Of a DNA stretch of 64,000 nt, positions 27,425 through 37,517 are shown in pieces (position 1 is the first letter of the stretch; each line of letters starts with the position of its first letter). The stretch covers positions 11,224-75,223 of the forward strand of contig DCVK01000016.1 in assembly GCA_002335385.1 (NCBI GenBank). Reading direction: 5' to 3'. The notes under the pieces are model-generated. The model worked only from the letters and a program-made list of their open reading frames with translations. It was not told the DNA's origin and did not search any database. Both the position numbers and the translations under genes were made by a program. This DNA is from Candidatus Aminicenantes bacterium UBA2190 (lineage in GTDB: Bacteria > Acidobacteriota > Aminicenantia > UBA2199).

Positions 27425-27430
27425 CCGATC

Positions 27431-28201
27431 ATGCAAGACGAACGCGGCCTCATCGAGGAATCCCGCGACCTCGGCAACGGCTACCATCTGCTGAAGGTCG
27501 CCGCCCCGCGCACCGCCGAAGCGGCCAAGCCGGGCCACTTCGTCATGGTGCGCATCCTGCCGGCGCTCGACCCGCTGCTGCGCCGTCCGCTGGGGATCCT
27601 GGACGCGCGGCCGCCCTACATCTGGCTTTATTACCAGGTGCTGGGAAGCGGCACGCGGCTGCTGGCCGGCCAGCGCCCGGGTGACAGCCTGGACATCCTC
27701 GGCCCTTTGGGCAACACATTCCCGGAGCTGCCGGGCCAGCGCGTCCTGCTCATTGCCGGCGGTCGCGGCATCGTCCCTTTGTTCCACTACGCCCGGACCT
27801 ACGGCGAGCGCCGGCCGCTGCTGCTGTTGTACGGCGGCCGCGGCAAGGCCGACCTGCCGCTGCTGGACCGCGTCCGCTCCCTGCGCCTGGAACGGCTGTT
27901 CGTCTTCAGCGAGGACGGCGCGCTCGGCCAGCAGGGGCGGCTCAGCGACGGCCTGGAGAAGATCGTGCGCGACGAGCGGCCGGACGTCACCATGTCGTGC
28001 GGCCCCGAAGCCATGCTGGCCGCGCTGGCCACGCTGCTGAAGCCGTTCCCCACCCGCGACCTGGTCTTACTGGAGGCCCGCATGGGCTGCGGTTTCGGCG
28101 CCTGCCAGGGCTGCGCGGTCCGCGCCGCGGACGGCTCCTATCGCCGCGTCTGTGACGAGGGGCCGGTCTTCCCCATGGAGGAGATCCAATGGCCGACCTG
28201 A
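27431..28201 (+). CDS. pyrK: Dihydroorotate dehydrogenase electron-transfer subunit
   Basis: FAD/NAD-binding fold (GHFVMVRI, LLIAGGRGIVP) and a C-terminal 2Fe-2S motif MSCGP...CGFGACQGCAV. Confidence 0.9.
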   Translation: MQDERGLIEESRDLGNGYHLLKVAAPRTAEAAKPGHFVMVRILPALDPLLRRPLGILDARPPYIWLYYQVLGSGTRLLAGQRPGDSLDILGPLGNTFPELPGQRVLLIAGGRGIVPLFHYARTYGERRPLLLLYGGRGKADLPLLDRVRSLRLERLFVFSEDGALGQQGRLSDGLEKIVRDERPDVTMSCGPEAMLAALATLLKPFPTRDLVLLEARMGCGFGACQGCAVRAADGSYRRVCDEGPVFPMEEIQWPT

Positions 28202-29100
28202 GCGCCGACCTGGGCTTCTGCACGCTGAAGAACCCGGTGATCACGGCATCGGGCACCTTCGGCTACGGCGAGGAATTCCTGCCGTTCTACGACCTGGACA
28301 GCCTCGGCGCCATCGTCATGAAGGGCATCTTCCGCGAGGCGCGGCCGGGCAATCCCCCGCCGCGACTGCACGAGTCCCCGGCCGGGCTGCTCAATTCGAT
28401 CGGCCTGGCCGGCCCGGGAAGCGCCGCGCTCCAGGAGGCCATCCGCCGCCTCCATGCCCGTACCCCGGTGCCGATCATCGTCAACGTCTGCGGCGGGGAC
28501 GACGACGAGTTCGCCGAGGTGGCCGCGATCTTCTCCGCCATGGATGAAGTGTCCCTGCTGGAGCTGAACATCTCCTGCCCCAACGTCAACAAGGGGGGCG
28601 CCTGCCCGGCCCAGGACGCCGGCCATACGGCCCGCCTGGTCCAGCGCGTCAAAAAGGGAATCCACAAGCCGCTGATCGTCAAACTCTCCCCCAACGCCGC
28701 CGACATCGTCGGCGTGGCCCAGGCGGCCCAGGACGCCGGCGCCGACGCCCTTTCCCTGGTCAACACCTTTTTGGGGCTGGCCGTGGACCTGGAGGCGCGC
28801 CGGCCGGTGTTCGCCAACGTCTATGCCGGCCTCTCGGGACCGGCCGTCAAACCGCTGGCCCTGCGCCTGGTCCGCGAGGTCTGCCTCAAGGCCTATGTGC
28901 CGGTCATCGGCATCGGCGGCATCGCCAGCGGCCGCGACGCGCTGGACTACATCCTGGTCGGCGCCTCGGCCGTCCAGGTCGGCACGGTCAACTTTTACGA
29001 TCCGGCCGGGGCCGCGCGCATCGTGGCCGAGATCGAGGCGGAGATGGTGAGGCTGAAGATCAAGAGTCTCTCAGAGATTCGGGGCAAGCTGCAGGCATGA
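28189..29100 (+). CDS. pyrD: Dihydroorotate dehydrogenase (class 1B) catalytic subunit
   Basis: Motifs NPVITASGTFGYG, ELNISCPNV, GLSGPAVKPLALRLV, IGIGGI. Overlaps pyrK by 13 nt. Confidence 0.93.
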   Translation: MADLSADLGFCTLKNPVITASGTFGYGEEFLPFYDLDSLGAIVMKGIFREARPGNPPPRLHESPAGLLNSIGLAGPGSAALQEAIRRLHARTPVPIIVNVCGGDDDEFAEVAAIFSAMDEVSLLELNISCPNVNKGGACPAQDAGHTARLVQRVKKGIHKPLIVKLSPNAADIVGVAQAAQDAGADALSLVNTFLGLAVDLEARRPVFANVYAGLSGPAVKPLALRLVREVCLKAYVPVIGIGGIASGRDALDYILVGASAVQVGTVNFYDPAGAARIVAEIEAEMVRLKIKSLSEIRGKLQA

Positions 29101-29140
29101 ACCGGCGCGGCGGACTTCTCCAGGACGGGATCGGGCGCCG

Positions 29141-30178
29141 TTGATCCCCCTGAAGCCGGGACGAATCGCCAGGAGCTTCGTGGCCCCGGTCCTCGTCCTG
29201 GCCGTCATCATCGCCGTCTTCTTCCGCGACCTGACCCCCGCGGACATCCTGAGCAACTTCCTGCGGATCCCGCCGGCTTTTCTGGCCGCCTTTGCCCTGC
29301 TCTCGCTGCTGGGGACCCTGCTGCGCACCTGGCAATACAGCGTCCTGCTGTCCGGCGAGCTGCGTTTCGGGGGCCTTTTCCTGATCACTCTGGTGCGCAA
29401 CTTCTCGGTCGACCTGTTGCCGGGGCGCACCGCCTCGCTGGCATTCTATTCCTGGCTGACGAGAAAAAGGGGGATCGCCCTCGAGAAGGGCGCCGCCAGC
29501 TTCGTCCTGTCGGTCTTTTACGATTCCATCGCCCTCACCCTGATGCTGGGCATCCTGCTTATCTCCTTTTCGACCGGCATGAGCCGCTGGCCGATCTTGG
29601 CGGCCATGGCCGTCCTGTTCGCCGCCTCGGCGCTGGTCCTGTTCTTTTCGCGCCCCCTGCTGCAGTTCCTCCTGAAGAACGGCAGGCTGAGCCGTTTGCG
29701 CCTGGCCCGCATCGAGGGGACGGTCCGCCTCGTCCACGAATACCTGGCGGCGCACGAGGGGATGCCCGAAAGGCTGAAGCTCCTGGGGATCAGTTTCGCC
29801 AGCCGCCTCTGCAAGTACGTGTACAACTACATCCTGTTCGAGGGGGTGCTGCATTTGGGCATCAGCCTGAAACATTTTTCCCTGTTCTGCTTCGGCCTGG
29901 CCGCGACCGAGGCCTCGGCGCTGCTTCCCATTCATGGACCGGCCGGCTTCGGCACCTGGGAACTGGCCTTCGCTTTCGTTTTCTCGGCCCTGCGCGTGCC
30001 CGCGGCCAACATCCAGGAGGCGGGCTTCGTCATCCACATCACCAGCCAGGCCTGGGAATACGCCATCGGCCTGCTGGCCCTGGCCTACCTGGCGTTCGGC
30101 TCCGGGGAAAAATCCCCGCCGCTCAGGGGGATGGCGGCGGCCCCACCCACAGGTCCGGGTCCCAGCCGCAGCCGATGA
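29141..30178 (+). CDS. Flippase-like / UPF0104 (LPG-synthase TM-type) integral membrane protein
   Basis: About 8 TM segments. Motif VRNFSVDLLPGRTASLAFY is typical of the lysylphosphatidylglycerol-synthase-TM-like family. Non-ATG start. Confidence 0.6.
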   Translation: MIPLKPGRIARSFVAPVLVLAVIIAVFFRDLTPADILSNFLRIPPAFLAAFALLSLLGTLLRTWQYSVLLSGELRFGGLFLITLVRNFSVDLLPGRTASLAFYSWLTRKRGIALEKGAASFVLSVFYDSIALTLMLGILLISFSTGMSRWPILAAMAVLFAASALVLFFSRPLLQFLLKNGRLSRLRLARIEGTVRLVHEYLAAHEGMPERLKLLGISFASRLCKYVYNYILFEGVLHLGISLKHFSLFCFGLAATEASALLPIHGPAGFGTWELAFAFVFSALRVPAANIQEAGFVIHITSQAWEYAIGLLALAYLAFGSGEKSPPLRGMAAAPPTGPGPSRSR

Positions 30179-31082
30179 ACAGCGCGGCACCCGTATCGAC
30201 ATTGCGCACGTGCATGCGCGTGTTGCCCTTGTGGCCGAACATGTGGACGGCGAATTGCGGCAGGTTGGACCAGTTCAAGCGGTAGATCTCCTCCCCGGGG
30301 GGCGCCGGGAGGTCCTTGAGGAAACGGCCGTCCGCGGCATGAACGATGCGGTAACGGTCGTGCGGCCAGGGCAGCCATGCCGCCCGGTCGTCGACGGCGG
30401 CGCAGGGCCGGCAGCCCTGGCCCTGGGAAACGCGCCGCCCCGGCTCCCTGCCCCCGAAGGGAGCGGTGCGGATCTGCCGGCCGTCATAATAGACGACGAA
30501 GCGGCCGCTGCCGGTGATCTCGCAGTGTTTCTTGACATCGCCGGCGCCATGGGCCGTGCGCATGGCGGCGGGATCGGACACGCTGACCAGGATGACGTCC
30601 CCTTGGTGCGAGGGCCCCGCCAGCCAGTCGCTTCCCCGATGACGATGCCAGCTCCAGCGCGTTTCGTCGGAGCAGTCCATGCGGGGGTTGAAGACAGTGT
30701 GCTTGCGCCCCTTGGGGTCGCAGACATGGATCCTGTCGTTGAAGCGGTAGGCGAAGCGCATGCCGTCGGGAGCCCAGGATGGGCGTGGCGATCCGCCGCG
30801 CAGCCTGCGGCCCGGGGCTCCGGCGACCTCCACCCCGGGGACCTCTTTCTCGACGCCGGAAGCCAGGTCAAGGCAGAACATCCTGGGCGGGCGGGCGAAG
30901 ACCACTCTGCCCGGGAGCCCTCCCGAGAACGCCGCCCAGCGCCGCGCCAGGACCGCCGCCGATCCCGCGTCACAGGCTTCAGCGCGCTCGCCGGGCGCGG
31001 CGCTGCCCGCCCCGACGATCCAGACGACGGCGAGCAACTGCGCCGCCGGGAGTGCCCAGCACGCCCGGCGCCTCCCGCTCAA
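30123..31082 (-). CDS. Hypothetical exported protein with one PD40-like motif
   Basis: Start reassigned to TTG 31082, which overlaps the upstream stop as TTGA. This gives MSGRRRACWALPAAQLLAVVWIVGAGSAA, a signal peptide. WAPDGMRFAY is PD40-like. The ORF-track extension to 31703 runs out of frame through the upstream gene. Confidence 0.5.
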   Translation of the reverse strand: MSGRRRACWALPAAQLLAVVWIVGAGSAAPGERAEACDAGSAAVLARRWAAFSGGLPGRVVFARPPRMFCLDLASGVEKEVPGVEVAGAPGRRLRGGSPRPSWAPDGMRFAYRFNDRIHVCDPKGRKHTVFNPRMDCSDETRWSWHRHRGSDWLAGPSHQGDVILVSVSDPAAMRTAHGAGDVKKHCEITGSGRFVVYYDGRQIRTAPFGGREPGRRVSQGQGCRPCAAVDDRAAWLPWPHDRYRIVHAADGRFLKDLPAPPGEEIYRLNWSNLPQFAVHMFGHKGNTRMHVRNVDTGAALFIGCGWDPDLWVGPPPSP

Positions 31083-31867
31083 TGCTCTCTCCCACCGGCC
31101 AGCATGTCGCGCAGCGTGACCTCCGGATGGTGGTAGCGCTCGTAGCCCGGGGTCTTCTTGCCGAACTGAATCGCCTCGCGCGGACACCACTGGATGCAGG
31201 CCAGGCACTGCTCGCAGCGGTGCTGCCAGGCCGGCCGGCCTTCCTTCAGCTCGATGTTCCCCGCCGGACAGACGCGGGCGCAGACGCCGCAGCCGTCGCA
31301 GCGGTCGTCGCACCAGAAGTCCTTGTCCATCTTGTGCACCTGGCCGAAGCTCAGCCTGTACATGGCCGTGAAAACGACGCGCTGCCACAAGGGGCCCATT
31401 TCCACCGGCCCCGCCTCGCGGGCGGCGATCCGGTCGGCGGCCGCGGCGATCTTGAAGCGGGCGGCGGCGATGCGGGCCTGGCGCCGCTCGAGCGGACCGG
31501 GACCGCCCCAGGGGATGTAGTTGCTGGGCAGGACGATGTCGAAGCCGGCGGCGAGCGTCAGGCCGCGCCGGGCGAGCATCTCCCGCAGCTGGACCAGGGT
31601 GCGCGCGACCTGGCCGGCGTTGACCGCCAGGGCGAACAGGTAGGCGTCGGGTCGCAGGGAAAGCTTTTCGATGAACGCCGCGACCGGGCCGGGCACGCCC
31701 CACATGTGGACCGGGAAGACGAAGCCCACCGCTTCGGCGTCGCCGGCGGCCAGGGCGTCGGCCCCCTTCATGGGCCTGACGCTTGCCCCGGCCAGGTGTT
31801 CAGCCAGAAGCCGCGCCGACCACAGCGAATTGCCCGTCCCGCTGTAATAAAAAATAATGGTTCTCAT
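31079..31867 (-). CDS. EFR1-family flavodoxin-like / 4Fe-4S ferredoxin fusion protein
   Basis: N-terminus MRTIIFYYSGTGNSLW is flavodoxin-like. C-terminal motifs CDGCGVCARVCP and CEQCLACIQWCP are ferredoxin-like. Confidence 0.8.
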   Translation of the reverse strand: MRTIIFYYSGTGNSLWSARLLAEHLAGASVRPMKGADALAAGDAEAVGFVFPVHMWGVPGPVAAFIEKLSLRPDAYLFALAVNAGQVARTLVQLREMLARRGLTLAAGFDIVLPSNYIPWGGPGPLERRQARIAAARFKIAAAADRIAAREAGPVEMGPLWQRVVFTAMYRLSFGQVHKMDKDFWCDDRCDGCGVCARVCPAGNIELKEGRPAWQHRCEQCLACIQWCPREAIQFGKKTPGYERYHHPEVTLRDMLAGGREH

Positions 31868-31959
31868 GCTGTCCCTCTGCAGAAGAACATTCTAGGGAAT
31901 TCACCAACGAAATTCAACCGGGCAACGGAATGTAAACGCCCCGGTGGCGCCTCGAGCCG

Positions 31960-32766
31960 CTATTTCTTTTCCAGAACGGCCTTTTTCAGCTTCTCGTTGA
32001 CCGTCACGCCGTTGGCCTCGGCTTCCTCCAGCAGTTTTAGGGCACCGGCCGGATCGCCGCCGGCGAAGTGGATGCTGACCAGGTTGTTCCAGGCGTTGCC
32101 GTGGCGCGGGTCGGCCTTGACCGCCGCCTGGTACTGATCGCGCGCCTCGCCGAAGCGCTTCAGCTTGAACAGGATATTGCCGTGGATATAGTGGAACTCG
32201 GCCGGGACCTCGAGGGTCTGCGGGATGGGCTCATGCAATTTGCGGTCGATCTCGGCGATATCCTGCCGGGCTTTGCTGATCGCGGCCTGGGCGGGATTGC
32301 GCCCGGCGGAAGAGCTCTTGTCCGATGCCCCGGCAGACATGTCCTGGACATACTTCTCCATCTCGTCGCGCTGATCGCGCAGGCGGGCGAGATGCTCCTG
32401 GTAGGAAAAGGCGTAGAGATCCTTGACCGTGACGAAATCGCTCTTGGCGGTCTCGATCTCCTTCAGCGCCTCCTCATACTGCCCGCGCTGGTAGCCCAGC
32501 TCGGCCCTGAGCAGGCGGGCATCGGCGTACTGCGGCAGGATCGCCAGGCTGGTATCAGCTTCCTTCTGGGCCTTGTCCAGCTTCCCTTTTTTCAGGTACT
32601 CCCCGCCCTTGAGGAAATGGGTCCGGGCCTGCTTGTACTTGGCCAGCATCTCCTTTTCCGACTGGTTGAAATCCTTCTGCGCGGCCAATGGCAGCGCCAG
32701 CAGCAGGCCGACGGCGACCAGGGCCGGCGCGGCCATCCGCAACGTGTTCTTGCCGATCACTTTCAT
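31960..32766 (-). CDS. Secreted TPR-repeat protein
   Basis: Start at MKVIGKNTLRMAAPALVAVGLLLALPLAAQ (GGAGGAAAAA RBS). TPR-like repeats (AILPQYADARLLRAELGY, GNILFKLKRFGEARDQYQAAVKADPRHGNAWNNL). Confidence 0.75.
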   Translation of the reverse strand: MKVIGKNTLRMAAPALVAVGLLLALPLAAQKDFNQSEKEMLAKYKQARTHFLKGGEYLKKGKLDKAQKEADTSLAILPQYADARLLRAELGYQRGQYEEALKEIETAKSDFVTVKDLYAFSYQEHLARLRDQRDEMEKYVQDMSAGASDKSSSAGRNPAQAAISKARQDIAEIDRKLHEPIPQTLEVPAEFHYIHGNILFKLKRFGEARDQYQAAVKADPRHGNAWNNLVSIHFAGGDPAGALKLLEEAEANGVTVNEKLKKAVLEKK

Positions 32767-33003
32767 TTTTTCCTCCTGCAATTCATTCCTGAAACTGCGC
32801 CAGGGCAGCCGAATTCCCGGCGGCAAAGCCATGCTGGCGATTATAGGCCGATGCCATAAGGAAGTCTAACTCCTGGAAGTAGCCAAGCAATTCCATTGCC
32901 AACAAAACAACCTGATGGTGTCCTTTTTCATGGACAATCCACTTCATGCCACTGAAAAACCAGGACAGGGGCTGAACCGGTGACCAGGCCATCGGGAGGA
33001 AGA

Positions 33004-33831
33004 TCAGTCCTTTTCCAGCTCGGCGAGCCACGTCGAGGCGAAGGTGCGGGCCGCGACGGTCGCCTCCTTGCCGGCGCGGAAGCAGAGTTTCCATTCGGGC
33101 GGCTTCTGTTCATAGTCCTCGCGCACAAAGACCATCTTGTCGCCGCGCGGCATCAGCCGGGCGGCGAAATCGACCCCGGCGCTGACGGCCAGGAACTCCC
33201 TGATGCGTCTTTGGATCAGTTCCCCGGGATCGGCGGGATAGCGCTGTTGCCATTCCCCGAGCGCCTCTTCATGGCTTTTCCTGTCCTCGGCCGAGGACAT
33301 TTCGCTCATCTGCCGCATGAGGTCGCGCTGCTCCGGGTCCTTCTCCATGCGCTCCAACTGGGCGCGCATCTCCTGGATGAAACCCTCCATGGCCTTGCGC
33401 GTCTCGGCGTCCATACCGGCCATGTTCTTCTTCATCTCGGCGATGCTTTTCTCCGTCTCGTTCTTCATCTTCTTCAGTTCATCGTCGGCGGAAGGGCGCG
33501 AGGCCGGCGCTTCAGGCTTCTCGCTCTCGCGGAGCTTCTGGTAGGCCGCCTTGAACTCGGCGCCTGCCGCGTAGGACTTGATCCAGCCGAGGCCGGCGGT
33601 GACGACCGCCGCCCTCGAGGCGGCGGGAAGCGCCCTGAAGGCCCGATAGGCGGCGTCGTTGTAGGCGGTGCCTCCGGTCAGGGCGTCGAGGATCCCCTCC
33701 TGCGCCGCCTGCGGGGTCAGGCCAAGCCGCTTCAGGATGTCGTCGCCGGATGAGGCGGTCAGCACGAGGGCGAGCGACAGGAGCGAAGCCAGCATGAAGG
33801 GATGCAGGGAAGAACCGTTCTTGTTTTTCAT
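33004..33831 (-). CDS. Hypothetical secreted protein with a Met-rich helical segment
   Basis: Start at MKNKNGSSLHPFMLASLLSLALVLTASSG. Residues ~118-180 contain 10 Met (KKMKNETEKSIAEMKKNMAGMDAETRKAMEGFIQEMRAQLERMEKDPEQRDLMRQMSEM). No family recognised. Confidence 0.55.
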   Translation of the reverse strand: MKNKNGSSLHPFMLASLLSLALVLTASSGDDILKRLGLTPQAAQEGILDALTGGTAYNDAAYRAFRALPAASRAAVVTAGLGWIKSYAAGAEFKAAYQKLRESEKPEAPASRPSADDELKKMKNETEKSIAEMKKNMAGMDAETRKAMEGFIQEMRAQLERMEKDPEQRDLMRQMSEMSSAEDRKSHEEALGEWQQRYPADPGELIQRRIREFLAVSAGVDFAARLMPRGDKMVFVREDYEQKPPEWKLCFRAGKEATVAARTFASTWLAELEKD

Positions 33832-33991
33832 GCCCTGATTGTGAAGCGAATGACCGGGCAAGTCAAGTGCGGCTGGCGACAATTCGGGCCCTGAAGTGCC
33901 GGGGCATAAGTTCAAATGCATGTTCCATCCACACCTCCGGTTGCCCGCGGCCGCCTTTTGCGCTACAATGATTTCCCCGCGAGGTGGCACC

Positions 33992-35383
<1,392 letters not shown>

Positions 35384-35398
35384 CAAAAAGGAGCAACC

Positions 35399-36682
35399 AT
35401 GAAAAAAGTCATCCTTATGCTGATTTGTCTTTCACTGGCCATGTCCGCTGCGCCTCTGTTCGGCGGCGGCAAGAACAAGGCCAAATACGAAAAACGCTAC
35501 AGCGACCCGGTGCTGAAGGCCATGGAGGAAGCGCGGGAGAAACAGCAGGCCGTGCAGGACGAGGAGACGGCCCGGATCCGCAAAAGACAGGCCGAGGAAA
35601 AGAAAAAGGACCGCGAGCAGGCGCGGAGCCTGCTGTCCGACATGACCGGGGTCTTTCCCCCGTCGTCGCCGGCCGCCTTTCAGGCCATGTTCCACTTTCC
35701 GCCCGTGGCGCAGTACAACACCAACATCTGCTGGAGCTTCGCCGCCACCTCGTTTTACGAATCGGAGATCCACCGTCTCAGCGGCAAAAAGATCAAGCTC
35801 TCCGAGGTGTGGACGGTCTACCACGAGTACCTGGCCAAGGTCGGGCGCTGGGTGCGCGAGCGCGGCGCCTCGCTGGTCGCCGAGGGCGGCGAGAGCAACG
35901 CCATCAACCGCATCTGGAAGGAGCACGGCGTCGTGCCGGCCGCGGCCTATCCCGGCCGCCGCGTCGACGGCGACAAGCTGGACCACGAGCGGCTGATCGA
36001 GGAGGTCAGGGCCTACCTCGATTACGTGAAGGCCAACAGCCTGTGGAACGAGGAGGATGTGCTCCGCCACGTCGTCCTCATCCTGGACAAACACCTGGGG
36101 GCGCCGCCGAAGACCTTCACCTACCAGGGCCGGGAGATGACGCCGCTGGAGTTTCTGAAGAACGAGACGCCCCTGGACATGGATGACTACGTCGACGTCA
36201 TGTCGACGACCTTCTATCCCTTCTATACCTTCCAGGAGTTCGCCGTCCCCGACAACTGGTGGCACAGCCGGGAGTACCTGAACGTGCCGCTCGCCGACTG
36301 GTATGGCCTGATCCTCAAGGCGGTCAAGGCCGGCTGCACGGTGAACATCGGCGGCGACGTCTCCGAGCCGGGCAAACTCGGCTTCCAGGACGTCTGCTTC
36401 ATCCCCAGCTTCGACATCCCCGCCGCCTATATCGACCAGGACAGCCGCGAATTCCGCATCGCCAACCGCACCACCGAGGACGACCACGGCATCCACATCG
36501 TCGGCTACACGCGGCTGCAGGGCCACGACTGGTTCCTGGTCAAGGACTCCAGCCGCTCGGCGCGCTGGGGCAAGCATGAAGGCTATTTCTTCTTCCGCGG
36601 CGACTACGTCAAGCTGAAGATGCTTACCTTCACCGTGCACAAGGACATGGCCAAATCCCTGCTGGCCAAGGTGAAAGAATAG
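35399..36682 (+). CDS. Secreted C1-family cysteine peptidase (aminopeptidase C/bleomycin-hydrolase-like)
   Basis: Signal peptide present. Catalytic Cys context QYNTNICWSFAATSF and His context DDHGIHIVGY. Confidence 0.75.
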   Translation: MKKVILMLICLSLAMSAAPLFGGGKNKAKYEKRYSDPVLKAMEEAREKQQAVQDEETARIRKRQAEEKKKDREQARSLLSDMTGVFPPSSPAAFQAMFHFPPVAQYNTNICWSFAATSFYESEIHRLSGKKIKLSEVWTVYHEYLAKVGRWVRERGASLVAEGGESNAINRIWKEHGVVPAAAYPGRRVDGDKLDHERLIEEVRAYLDYVKANSLWNEEDVLRHVVLILDKHLGAPPKTFTYQGREMTPLEFLKNETPLDMDDYVDVMSTTFYPFYTFQEFAVPDNWWHSREYLNVPLADWYGLILKAVKAGCTVNIGGDVSEPGKLGFQDVCFIPSFDIPAAYIDQDSREFRIANRTTEDDHGIHIVGYTRLQGHDWFLVKDSSRSARWGKHEGYFFFRGDYVKLKMLTFTVHKDMAKSLLAKVKE

Positions 36683-36693
36683 GGAGAACGGTC

Positions 36694-36999
36694 GTGGGCC
36701 AAGTCGTCGCCGAGGTAACGGTGGTGCCGCTGGGCACGGGCTCGGCCTCGCTGAGCGCCTGGGTCGCAGACGTGGAGAAGGTCCTGAAGGGCTTCCCCCG
36801 CCTCAAATCCCTTCTGACCCCCATGTCGACCATCCTGGAGGGCGACTTGGACGAGGTCATCGAGGCGGTCAAGGCCATGCACGAGGCTCCCTTCCGCCTG
36901 GGCGCCCTGCGCGTGTCCACGACGCTGCGCATCGACGACCGCCGCGACAGGCCGCTGACCATGGCGGGCAAGCTGGAAGCGGTGAACGAAAAACTATAA
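36694..36999 (+). CDS. MTH1187/YkoF-family (UPF0045) small protein
   Basis: Signature VAEVTVVPLGTGSASLSAWVADV...TPMSTILEGDLDEVIEAVKAMHE. The 101-aa length fits the family. GTG start. Confidence 0.7.
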   Translation: MGQVVAEVTVVPLGTGSASLSAWVADVEKVLKGFPRLKSLLTPMSTILEGDLDEVIEAVKAMHEAPFRLGALRVSTTLRIDDRRDRPLTMAGKLEAVNEKL

Positions 37000-37088
37000 C
37001 GGCGTCGCCGACAGGATGCCGGCCGGCCACTCGCGCAGGACGCCGGCGGCGGATCGACTCCATCAATGTCCCCCTCCGCCGGCTCCGC

Positions 37089-37517
37089 TCAGGCGCCGTT
37101 GTACACCCGGATGCGGCCGTACATGGAGACGACGACGCGGCAAACCCGGCCGCGCCGCTCCAGGGTGATGGTGCACAACGGGGAGACGCCGCCCAGCGGC
37201 GAGAACACCGGCCGGGTGTTGGCGTGCACCGCAACCTTGTTCCCCAGGTCGAAGCCGCGGAACTCCCGCCAGCCCTGGCCGTCGTCGCGGCTGAGCGACA
37301 GGCGGCCGCCGGCGATCTCGGCCCGCACCGACCGATTGTCGCGGACGGCCTGGCAGCGCGCCGTGCTCAAGCCCGCGGTGACGCAGCGCAGGGCGGCGTG
37401 GAACTCCATTCGTGTAAAGAAGGCGCTCAAGCCCGGGGCGGTCAGCAGCAGCAGGATCCAGAAAACGCCGATCGTCACCAGCAGCTCCAGTACCGTCAGC
37501 CCCTTGTCATTCTTCAT
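37089..37517 (-). CDS. GspH/FimT-like pseudopilin
   Basis: Prepilin-type N-terminal motif MKNDKG-LTVLELLVTIGVFWILLLL. Confidence 0.75.
   Translation of the reverse strand: MKNDKGLTVLELLVTIGVFWILLLLTAPGLSAFFTRMEFHAALRCVTAGLSTARCQAVRDNRSVRAEIAGGRLSLSRDDGQGWREFRGFDLGNKVAVHANTRPVFSPLGGVSPLCTITLERRGRVCRVVVSMYGRIRVYNGA

Noticed and set aside
31083-31703. Extension of ORF 30123-31703 to 526 aa
   Set aside because: The upstream 207 codons run out of frame through the EFR1 flavodoxin-ferredoxin gene. A TTG at 31082 yields a proper signal peptide.
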